From IMG/VR virus record IMGVR_UViG_3300046010_009647, positions 1 through 64,000 of that record: 64,000 nt of DNA. The stretch is one strand, 5' to 3'. Position 1 is the first letter of the stretch. Each line of letters begins with the position of its first letter. Under the pieces are notes generated by a model. The model did not search any database, was not told the origin of the DNA, and saw only the letters and a program-made list of their open reading frames with translations. Of the stretch, positions 56,310-64,000 are shown piece after piece. Source of the DNA: a virus. A program made the position numbers and the translations under genes.

Positions 56310-56825
56310 TTACGCCACTCCTGGTTGTGAGAACAGCGCTAATTCTTCTGGTGAAAGGTAATTAGCTATGTTTGGCAGTTCTTTGTCGACGTAATCATTG
56401 AGGAATTCAATGCCAGCAGTTTGAAATTGTGTACCAGGTGCAACTGCTTGTACGTCAAGTTTATTGATTGCCGCACGTTGACCCATTTCCTGCATGATTT
56501 GCTGGGACTGCGACATATCCGTTGGTACCGGACGGTTCCCATACAAAAGATTAGACGCAGCAACGGTTGAACCAAGGGATGCGCCGATATTAGCGACGTT
56601 TTCTACAGTGCCCCGAACCAAGGGATTTTTAACATTACGCGTCAAACCACGAGCTGCCATGGTTGCAGGAAAAGCAGCTGCAAGATCCATCAAACCATAA
56701 GTAGCAGCGGCAGTTGGTCCTTCCAACAAACCGAAGCCGGCCGCTAGTGCGCTGCCAGGTACAACAGATTTTGCGACATCACCTGCGTTGCGTCCTACAA
56801 AACCTAATAAACGTTGGAAGTTCAC
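56310..56825 (-). CDS. hypothetical virion protein
   Basis: Operon ORF. Confidence 0.55.
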   Translation of the reverse strand: MNFQRLLGFVGRNAGDVAKSVVPGSALAAGFGLLEGPTAAATYGLMDLAAAFPATMAARGLTRNVKNPLVRGTVENVANIGASLGSTVAASNLLYGNRPVPTDMSQSQQIMQEMGQRAAINKLDVQAVAPGTQFQTAGIEFLNDYVDKELPNIANYLSPEELALFSQPGVA

Positions 56826-56856
56826 CTATCTACTCTTTTCTTTTTATTATAAAACG

Positions 56857-57417
56857 TTAGGCTTCTTCAATTTCTTCTGCGCTTGGTTTCTTGGTGTCTT
56901 CACCTTTGAGCAGCTGTGCTACCGAGACATTTCCTTCTGCTTCATTCTCGGCTTTATTTTCAGCTGTTGCCATTAAGTAGCCCTTGGGATCTGGGTTAGC
57001 AGCACGTGGCATTGGATTGCTAATACGATCATCAGGTTTAAGTGTGGGACTTAATGCATACATGTCCCGCCAAATAGGATTAAAGCCTGGTTGATCTTCT
57101 GGACGTTGTTTTGTTAACGCACGTCCCACGTTAAAGTCATAGTCTTCTTTGCGATTAAAACGTCCAATACCAGCAAAGATCTCTAAGTTTTGGGCATCCT
57201 CACCAACAAATTGAAGGCCTGGGTTGAAACGCAGTTTACGTGTCTGAATGCGCCGCAAAAGGTCTGTGTTATCAAACCGGTTTGGGGTCCAGGGTGCAGT
57301 GCCACTATCTGCTTTAGCAGAAAAAAGATCATCAAAATTTAGCTGACGCTTTTTAGCGAATACATCTTTTGTGTAATCAATGTATCTGCCAAGCTCTAAG
57401 CGATGATCTTTTGCCAT
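56857..57417 (-). CDS. hypothetical protein
   Basis: Operon ORF with TAATG coupling. Confidence 0.6.
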   Translation of the reverse strand: MAKDHRLELGRYIDYTKDVFAKKRQLNFDDLFSAKADSGTAPWTPNRFDNTDLLRRIQTRKLRFNPGLQFVGEDAQNLEIFAGIGRFNRKEDYDFNVGRALTKQRPEDQPGFNPIWRDMYALSPTLKPDDRISNPMPRAANPDPKGYLMATAENKAENEAEGNVSVAQLLKGEDTKKPSAEEIEEA

Positions 57418-57650
57418 TAGTCTTCAGATTTACTGGTATCTTTTTTCTTTTTTAACCCTACCAGGGTTTGACGTAACCGTGCTTGCTTTACGGTCTTGTC
57501 ATCATATTTATCTGGACTAGCAAGGACATTAGCCTGGAGCTGAGCAGAGGTAATACCCTTCTTCTTAGCCTTGGCAGTGAAGGCGCCTTCCTTCATCTCC
57601 ATACCTTGAATCCACTTCTTGTCTTTCTTTTTCTTTTCAGCCATGATCAA
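57417..57650 (-). CDS. small Lys-rich protein
   Basis: KKWIQ...K.GAFT..AKK.G...KQARL..TL. Confidence 0.7.
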   Translation of the reverse strand: MIMAEKKKKDKKWIQGMEMKEGAFTAKAKKKGITSAQLQANVLASPDKYDDKTVKQARLRQTLVGLKKKKDTSKSED

Positions 57651-60600
57651 CGACTCCGACGTTTACCAGCACGGCGTCCTGCTTGTGCCATAAGTTGTTG
57701 AGTTACAACTTCAAGGCCAGAGGGAAACCTTTGTGGTGAAAAAACAATTTTTTCTGGTTCAACTTTAGCAAGGGCTTGCCTTGTTGATTGCATCTCAGTG
57801 CCAATACGTTGCGGGTCAAGTGCTTGTAATTGTTGGCCGAGGTCACCAAAGCGAAGCGTCATCGGCTTCGAGGGTTGCTGTGTTGTGCCAAGTCGTGTTC
57901 CAACCGAAACTCCTGCTGGATATTGCTGAAGATTGGTTTCAGGTACCAAGTAGAATTCACGTGTGGGTCCAATAATCGGACCGCCGGTGTAAAGAGGTTT
58001 GTTGGCTGGACTGGTGAGCCTACGCTGCTGTTCTGGTGTTTGAGCAGATTTAAGCTCAACAGAACCGTAATAAGCAGACGGCCCTTCCTCTAAGTATGTA
58101 TCTACATCAACGATATCTTCGGAGCCGTAACCAACACGTTCACCCGTAGGTTTACCAGAAAGATCCTTGGGTGAGAACATGACATCCCTTGGAACAGGAC
58201 CCGAAACCCTACGTGTAAGAGAGGGGTCAGCTTGCGAAACACTCCGATAGTTTTTGGGCATTAAGCCTTCTTGTTGTGCAGCGATAAGATCTTCGTTTGT
58301 AATTGGATAAACTTCACCACTCTTGCCAAGGCTTACCAGGTGCCTTTGGGCTGCTGGATTTCCAGGGCGTCCAATAATGCCTTGGACAAATTCGTAAGCA
58401 GTAGGTGACTCAAGAACAGGAAGTTGAATTCCTTTTTCCGAGCGAAGCTCATTTTGAACACGACCCGCAATGCGCACGTTGGCCTGTGGAACCTGGACGC
58501 CTGCTTGGCGGGCAGCTTTAGCAACAGGATTCTCTTTAAGATTTCCACGGCCTGCGGCCATGTTTAAGAAATTATTAATAGACTGAATACTTTCAGTAGG
58601 TACGCCAATCTTGCTGAGGTTTGAAGCTTCACGTTTAGCTTTTGTCAATTCGTCGTTTAATTGACGTTGTGCGCGGATCATGGCATCTTCCATATCAGCG
58701 CGACGAACGCGAGCGGCATAACTGACAGGGTTACCTTCTGTATCTTCAACCTGGAGAGGAGCCTGAACAATTTCATCGGTTGCCTCATAAACATCCGAAA
58801 GGAAGTTATAAGGTTTGCCGTATTGTGAAACGCCTTGTTTCCTGACTTGGCCAACAGGTTGATTAATGGCTGCATTAAGTGCAGTCATTTCTTGTTCATA
58901 AGCATCGTTAGAAATTAATCCTTGCTTAAGTTGACGCTGTAGATTGCGCTCAGCGCGTTCAACGTTTTTAGATTTAGAAAGCAATCCAGGGATTGCTACA
59001 GGTTGCGTAGTAATGTAATCAGGATCGTAAGGCTTGCGTCCAATTTTGTATAGATACTCACCGGTTTCCTCACCAGTATCCGATAAACGTGTTAAGTCAA
59101 GATCAGAAACAGTTAAGTTCGTAAGCGTTGGTTCAGACTCTCCGGGGGCAAAAGTAACTCCTTGTGCAATTTTAGTTTGACGACCAGCCTTTGTGGTGTA
59201 AGGGCTGTACTGAATGTTGTACACTTCATCAGGAATTTCTATGTCAGGTGCCCCACCAACTAGGCGCCCTTTCTGAGAACCGCGTCCGGATTGGGGAGTA
59301 ATTACCTCACCCGTTGGCGCATCAAAGTACAATCCTTCCTGCAAACCTTCTTGTACATATTTGCTCTGCCCAAGATCACCAACGGTTCTTTCGTATACGT
59401 CGGTTAAAGTACGACCGGTGTCAATGTATTTTTGAGCTTTGACACGAAGTTCCGGCATTTGTTTGCCAAACGCTTCTGCATCTGCAATTGCACGTTCCTT
59501 GTTAACAAGGAAAGGAACTTCAACCTCTACTTTTTCACCTGCTTCAACGCGTCGGATGGTGTCTTCGTCAAGCATTTCGCGGAAGCGCTGTGTTGGATAC
59601 AAGTTACCATCATTGTCGGCTTCAATGCGAGTAGGTATATCTAGGTCATACGCATCAATAGGCCGCACTTCTCGAGAGGGAAAATAAATGCCGGTATCAG
59701 GACCTGCACGATGAAGTGTGTCCCATTCTGTTGCAAATTTATCAATGCCGTATTGATATTGTTCAGAAAGTTTTTCTTGTTTAATTCGACGCGTTTCAAG
59801 GTTTTCTGTCTGACGTGTCAAAAACTCTTGTGGATCAGTTAAAAGAGTTTTTCTAGAGGGGTCGACTGTTTCAACTACCTCAACACCTCCTTCAACGCCA
59901 AACAAATCTTGCAAAGGATCATAGTCGCCCTCTTTAAGTTCAAGAACAGATTCTTTTCCTCCACGGAAAGAACGCCGTACTTCACCTGTGGGATTTACCA
60001 AATCACCTGACACAATACGACCTGTGCGATCAACGTCTGCATTTACAACATTTAGTGCTCTAGCAAAAGCGGTTGGCCCTCCTTCAACAGTTGCAGCATT
60101 GTAAGAAGGATCCAAGAAGTCGCGGTTACCTGTGTTTGCAAAAGCTTCGATACGAGCATTGATTTCAAACTCAGGCAAGCCGGCTTCACTCAGTTGACTA
60201 AGGGCTGGGCTGACATATTGGGCTTTATCACGACGAGTTAATTGAGCTTCTTTAATATCTCGTTGTTCGTTTTCAACTGTGTTCCTGTAATCTTGTTGAT
60301 CAAAACCTGTGTCATTAGCTTTGTTCTGTTGAGACACAACAGAAGGTGCTTCTTTTTGCTGGAGAGTTGTTAAGTCAACTGTAGCTTGAGGAATTGCAGC
60401 GGGAGGTGCTGCAACTTTTGAAGGGGAAGGAGTCGCACGCAGTGGAGGAGTGGCAGCAACAGTAGAAAGATCAGCTTGCTTAACACCTAACCCTGTTTGT
60501 TTTGTTTGAGAAGGACGACGGCCAGCTAATTTCATAGCGCCATACGTACCAGCGCCCAAAACACCTAAGCCTGCTGCTACAGCACCAAGAATCCCTGGTA

Positions 60601-60748
60601 CATTTGACTCCTCTTGCGGTTGACGAAGCTGATTACGGCGGAATTCAAGTACCTGTGGTGCTAACTCAGCCTTTTCTTCCGGATCTTCGGGGTATGGAGT
60701 CCCAGTGGCACGGCTGTATGCGGCAAAATCGGCAGGTGATAACGCCAT
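57647..60748 (-). CDS. large hypothetical (internal virion) protein
   Basis: 1033-aa ORF at the head of the late operon. Confidence 0.7.
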   Translation of the reverse strand: MALSPADFAAYSRATGTPYPEDPEEKAELAPQVLEFRRNQLRQPQEESNVPGILGAVAAGLGVLGAGTYGAMKLAGRRPSQTKQTGLGVKQADLSTVAATPPLRATPSPSKVAAPPAAIPQATVDLTTLQQKEAPSVVSQQNKANDTGFDQQDYRNTVENEQRDIKEAQLTRRDKAQYVSPALSQLSEAGLPEFEINARIEAFANTGNRDFLDPSYNAATVEGGPTAFARALNVVNADVDRTGRIVSGDLVNPTGEVRRSFRGGKESVLELKEGDYDPLQDLFGVEGGVEVVETVDPSRKTLLTDPQEFLTRQTENLETRRIKQEKLSEQYQYGIDKFATEWDTLHRAGPDTGIYFPSREVRPIDAYDLDIPTRIEADNDGNLYPTQRFREMLDEDTIRRVEAGEKVEVEVPFLVNKERAIADAEAFGKQMPELRVKAQKYIDTGRTLTDVYERTVGDLGQSKYVQEGLQEGLYFDAPTGEVITPQSGRGSQKGRLVGGAPDIEIPDEVYNIQYSPYTTKAGRQTKIAQGVTFAPGESEPTLTNLTVSDLDLTRLSDTGEETGEYLYKIGRKPYDPDYITTQPVAIPGLLSKSKNVERAERNLQRQLKQGLISNDAYEQEMTALNAAINQPVGQVRKQGVSQYGKPYNFLSDVYEATDEIVQAPLQVEDTEGNPVSYAARVRRADMEDAMIRAQRQLNDELTKAKREASNLSKIGVPTESIQSINNFLNMAAGRGNLKENPVAKAARQAGVQVPQANVRIAGRVQNELRSEKGIQLPVLESPTAYEFVQGIIGRPGNPAAQRHLVSLGKSGEVYPITNEDLIAAQQEGLMPKNYRSVSQADPSLTRRVSGPVPRDVMFSPKDLSGKPTGERVGYGSEDIVDVDTYLEEGPSAYYGSVELKSAQTPEQQRRLTSPANKPLYTGGPIIGPTREFYLVPETNLQQYPAGVSVGTRLGTTQQPSKPMTLRFGDLGQQLQALDPQRIGTEMQSTRQALAKVEPEKIVFSPQRFPSGLEVVTQQLMAQAGRRAGKRRSR

Positions 60749-60868
60749 TTGGAACTTATGAGCTATAGATTTCTTGTTATCTGTATTTTAACGGGAATAA
60801 TTTAGAAAAAGCTGCGTACGTTAGACTATTACCAAGAGAAAACGCTAAACACCTGGGGAAATACAGAC

Positions 60869-61078
60869 ATGCACCCTAAGAATCGCATGGAAAAAGCAAT
60901 TGCCCTAGAAGCAATTGCTGATGTAGCTGAAAAGATGGAACAATCAGGTGCCAGTGGGATGGATGTTGCAGCATTTACGTCTGGTGCGCGGCAAAAGCTG
61001 ACAGAAGAGCGGCCAGATCCGGATAAATACGCAAAAGCTGCGGTGTCTGCGGCCAAGTGGAGTAAAGCAAACGCCTAA
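60869..61078 (+). CDS. small hypothetical protein
   Basis: ORF followed by a terminator. Confidence 0.6.
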   Translation: MHPKNRMEKAIALEAIADVAEKMEQSGASGMDVAAFTSGARQKLTEERPDPDKYAKAAVSAAKWSKANA

Positions 61079-61106
61079 ATAATAACGTCAAGTAGATTAA
61101 TGTACA

Positions 61107-61133
61107 GCCGGGGCTAAATACCCCGGCATTTTT
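61107..61133 (+). terminator. intrinsic terminator
   Basis: GCCGGGG-ctaaata-CCCCGGC-ATTTTT. Confidence 0.75.
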
Positions 61134-61369
61134 GTCTGTATTCTTGGGCAAAACCTTTGTAACACCTACAAATTTTAGGTGTTATGTACAGTGTGATACA
61201 AAAAGACCGGCCCTATAGAGGTCAAAAAAGGGAAAAAATTTTACTGGCGCTTCTCCAACACCCCACGCGACGTGAATTGCGTATAGAAAAAAAGAAAGGG
61301 TGGGTGGGTTGAAATAGTTATCGGGGGCTGCGCATCCGTAGAACGCAGAGTTCCATTGTATTCGGTACC

Positions 61370-61636
61370 ATGACGACAGTAATGACGACGATTAGCACAG
61401 ATGAGATGACTAGCCGACTTGTCGATGCAGCGTTCGCGCTGCGAGCAGGCAAGAAGGTTGTCATGAAGCCTGGCGTGCTGCGAGCCAGTGGCTGGTCAGC
61501 TAGCCAAGTGATTAAGTTCTTGTTAGAGGAACTGTATGAGTGCGAAGTTTACATGGATAACGACGTGATGTGGAAGGTGTGGATTACACGCCGCCCCGAA
61601 GATCACGGATTAGTTATCGAAGGCAGTTGCCGTTGA
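61370..61636 (+). CDS. hypothetical protein
   Basis: Track ORF. Confidence 0.45.
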   Translation: MTTVMTTISTDEMTSRLVDAAFALRAGKKVVMKPGVLRASGWSASQVIKFLLEELYECEVYMDNDVMWKVWITRRPEDHGLVIEGSCR

Positions 61637-61953
61637 CGATTGTAATTTACCCTGGTGAGAGCCAGGGTTTACTACAGCCCTCAATCCCTACATTCCCCAC
61701 CTAATTACCGTACAATCCTTGTCAATTCACTAGGTATTTATACCTTTTGATACGAATTCGTATCGCGCGCGACCTCATTTAGGCTACAGCTGGGGGTTGG
61801 TCTTACAGAACAGTTGCAGCATATACCCGACCTACAGACTCGGGATTAACCGTCAAGCTGGACGTTAAACGTAGCAGACAACTCGGCGGTCGGTCACGAC
61901 CTTGGCATCCACACTTCAGTGGTTTAAGTCCAAGCTCACCCTACGGAGTAACC

Positions 61954-62151
61954 GTGGACTACACCGTCAACATCATCGAGCGTAACGGTCAGTACTTCCT
62001 CCAAGAAGTCTTTGCAGTTACTGAGTTCCAGTATGTGGAACAAGTGACTGCAGGTCCGTTCCAAGCTCGATGGCAAGCAGACGTGCGACGCTCACAGGAG
62101 TATCCGGCATACCGGGGACTAACTGATGAGTACTGCCGTCTGCAACACTGA
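61954..62151 (+). CDS. early-type small protein
   Basis: GGAG RBS plus GTG; ends in repeat R1. Confidence 0.6.
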   Translation: MDYTVNIIERNGQYFLQEVFAVTEFQYVEQVTAGPFQARWQADVRRSQEYPAYRGLTDEYCRLQH

Positions 62152-62235
62152 TCCGTTAAAGCGGGTTGGGAGGTGCAAACCCTCCCACAGTTATTGCCCC
62201 CAGCGGAGATGGGCACCGCACACACGGAGAACACC

Positions 62236-62316
62236 GTGACCTTCACCGTTACCGAAACACTCGCACTCGCCGCCATCTTTGTGGTGGCATGTGTGATCGG
62301 TTACGTTACCGACTGA
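62236..62316 (+). CDS. 26-aa single-TM peptide (not in track)
   Basis: GGAG RBS; MTFTVTETLALAAIFVVACVIGYVTD*; fills R1-R2 exactly. Confidence 0.6.
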   Translation: MTFTVTETLALAAIFVVACVIGYVTD

Positions 62317-62393
62317 TCCGTCTAAGCGGGAGGCAGGGTGCAAACCCCTGCCCAGTCATTGCCACAATCCCGTGGCATCTACACCAAACGACA

Positions 62394-62573
62394 GTGACTC
62401 AACGCATTGCAACCTACGTGATCATCGCTGCTTCCATCATGGGTATTGGTGGGCAAGCCGTTATCTACTTCACAGATAAGGCAACTGCTCACCAATGCAT
62501 TAACCATGACTGGCCTAAGGAGCATGACACACTCCACCGTAACTGGTGCATCACCAACGGTTACGACATCTGA
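62394..62573 (+). CDS. 59-aa membrane-anchored early protein
   Basis: GTG start after R2; TM plus C..HDWP.......WC...GY. Confidence 0.6.
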   Translation: MTQRIATYVIIAASIMGIGGQAVIYFTDKATAHQCINHDWPKEHDTLHRNWCITNGYDI

Positions 62574-62652
62574 GTCCGTTTAAGCGGCGTTCCAGGGTGC
62601 AATTCCCTGGTTCAGTATTGCCACAACTCAGTGGCATCTCACGACACTACCT

Positions 62653-62814
62653 ATGACTTACTACGTCATCATCAAGAATCACGACGAATTCTCTCAGGCT
62701 TATCTCCAGGGCTGTGAGCAATCATTTAATACTGAGCAACAAGCTCAGGATTACATTCAAACATTTGAGGATTGGGAGCAAGATCTCCTGGAGATTGACT
62801 TCAATCCTTTCTGA
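62653..62814 (+). CDS. 53-aa acidic early protein (not in track)
   Basis: MTYYVIIKNHDEF...LEIDFNPF*; fills R3-R4. Confidence 0.6.
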   Translation: MTYYVIIKNHDEFSQAYLQGCEQSFNTEQQAQDYIQTFEDWEQDLLEIDFNPF

Positions 62815-62893
62815 GTAACAGGCGTGATGCCAGGGGATCAAATCCCCTACTCAGTATTGCCACAATCCCGTGGCATTTACTCAACTCAACACT

Positions 62894-63142
62894 ATGCTGT
62901 GCTACTACCCATACGAAGGTGCAACCGAGCGCATCACCTGGCATGGAGGAGAATCAACCATGCTTCACTACCAAGTGCAGGTTGATGACTACAAGGGAGA
63001 TCCTGACTGGATCGACCGTTACTCCCAGACACTTGGCGGAGGTATCCCTTGTGGTACTAAGGAGTTATTAGCTGCTATGTCTGATTACTATCAGCACATC
63101 AGCCAACTCCATCTCGACACAATGGCTGGAACTATCTTCTGA
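62894..63142 (+). CDS. early hypothetical protein
   Basis: ATG after R4. Confidence 0.6.
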   Translation: MLCYYPYEGATERITWHGGESTMLHYQVQVDDYKGDPDWIDRYSQTLGGGIPCGTKELLAAMSDYYQHISQLHLDTMAGTIF

Positions 63143-63210
63143 TTCCTGCTCTAAGGGGCTTCGGCCCTTTACTGCAGGATTCAACTCCTGCTCCCATACC
63201 ACACAACACC

Positions 63211-63399
63211 ATGACTAAACTCAACATCCGTAAGAACCTTGCGTCAATCCTTGCCAATACTGCAGCAGCAGTTGAGAATGCCAAGGTACCTACCAAGGCA
63301 GGCATGACAGAGAAGCTGAACGAGTATCGTACTCGGGCGGCGGCACTCATCATGCCGAACGACATGGCATTCATCATCCAACCCAAGCAAGGTAACTGA
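63211..63399 (+). CDS. early hypothetical protein
   Basis: ATG after an A/C-rich leader. Confidence 0.6.
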   Translation: MTKLNIRKNLASILANTAAAVENAKVPTKAGMTEKLNEYRTRAAALIMPNDMAFIIQPKQGN

Positions 63400-63402
63400 T
63401 TC

Positions 63403-63618
63403 ATGCGACGCAACTACCAACGTAACTACTTCTCTGACTCCTGTGTTGCTATTGTTCTCGGCACTGGTCTTGGCTTATTCCTATCTGTTGGAGCACAGAA
63501 AGTTCTCAACAGACACTACAAGGCCACGTGCCACAACCAACCAGGACATAACCTGATCTACACCAAGTCTTTCCTTGGTGACACGTACTTTTGCATCAAT
63601 GCAAAGTACATGAACTGA
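63403..63618 (+). CDS. early membrane-anchored protein
   Basis: TM segment plus a Cys pair. Confidence 0.6.
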   Translation: MRRNYQRNYFSDSCVAIVLGTGLGLFLSVGAQKVLNRHYKATCHNQPGHNLIYTKSFLGDTYFCINAKYMN

Positions 63619-63698
63619 TCTCTGCACTTAAGCCTTCTCATCCTTGTGATGCGTGGCTTTTCTGCAGGGTTCTCCCTGCACTACACCAAACAACACCA

Positions 63699-63980
63699 AT
63701 GACAATCACGATCAGCCCCAGAGAAATTACAGATGCTCAACAGATGTTGAACATCGAACCAAACGACTGTTACCTGGAGTTTACGCAAGGTACTGTCTAT
63801 CTTTGTTGGGTTACCGACAAGGAGACAGCTCAGATGTATATCGACAACCTCTTCGAGTGTGTCGATGTCAAGTTGTACGGCAATTGGGTAGACATCTACG
63901 GACAACACGAACGTGAAGTCCCAGTGTCATTACCCGATGTCAAACTGTTTGACTGCCGTTACATCCTCGCTACTAACTGA
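63699..63980 (+). CDS. early hypothetical protein
   Basis: ATG after an A/C-rich leader. Confidence 0.6.
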   Translation: MTITISPREITDAQQMLNIEPNDCYLEFTQGTVYLCWVTDKETAQMYIDNLFECVDVKLYGNWVDIYGQHEREVPVSLPDVKLFDCRYILATN

Positions 63981-64000
63981 CATGAAGACAATCTACTCAA

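Larger units (their letters stand above)
62147..62875 (+). repeat. four tRNA-like intergenic repeats R1-R4 (62147-62215, 62311-62377, 62569-62636, 62810-62875)
   Basis: CTGA..[CCG-TYWAAG-CGG in R1-R3]..T-arm-like hairpin with a 7-nt loop (TGCAAAC/TGCAATT/ATCAAAT)..CAGT-ATTGCC..GGCA. Confidence 0.8.

Noticed and set aside
62122-62200. Hammerhead or twister ribozyme (CTGATGAG at 62123; TAAGC loops)
   Set aside because: No matching GAAA core or stems for a hammerhead, and no twister pseudoknot pairings identifiable by eye.
62166-62393. N-terminal part of track ORF 62166..62573 (similarly 63591-63698 and 30917-31117)
   Set aside because: These extensions run through RNA repeats or other genes; downstream starts fit better.
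62147-62875. CRISPR array, with the 11409 nuclease as Cas4
   Set aside because: The repeats vary in sequence, the intervening segments are uneven and are ORFs, and no cas genes are present.

Overview
This is a 64 kb stretch of a tailed dsDNA phage genome, almost certainly a cyanophage. It carries the host-like genes hli, nblA, speD, dcd, a Dps-like gene and a CP12-like mini-gene; a freshwater Synechococcus/Cyanobium-type host is an inference. The left third holds accessory genes, a tRNA/ncRNA cluster, a sugar-modification cluster, a PD-(D/E)XK nuclease and a primase-helicase. The middle holds tail fibres and lysis genes. A long leftward late operon follows (internal proteins, TerL, portal, scaffold, MCP), and rightward early-type small ORFs start at about 61.3 kb. 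The best candidate for a novel system is at 6000-7046 (- strand). There an endonuclease-VII-type homing endonuclease sits between a truncated 5' copy of a small basic-protein gene and a second full copy. The full copy's frame is broken by a 27-nt gap: TCG|TAG CCG TAA GGC TAA CTA ATT ATT TCG|GCT. The gap has matched take-off and landing codons, a stop codon inside a tetraloop hairpin, and direct sequence similarity to both ends of the T4 gene 60 ribosomal bypass gap. It looks like a miniature programmed translational-bypass plus homing-endonuclease cassette. The second highlight is a set of tRNA-like (acceptor stem plus T-arm) RNA repeats that punctuate the early genes at 62.1-63.7 kb. Family names are recognised from motifs and memory; no database search was run.
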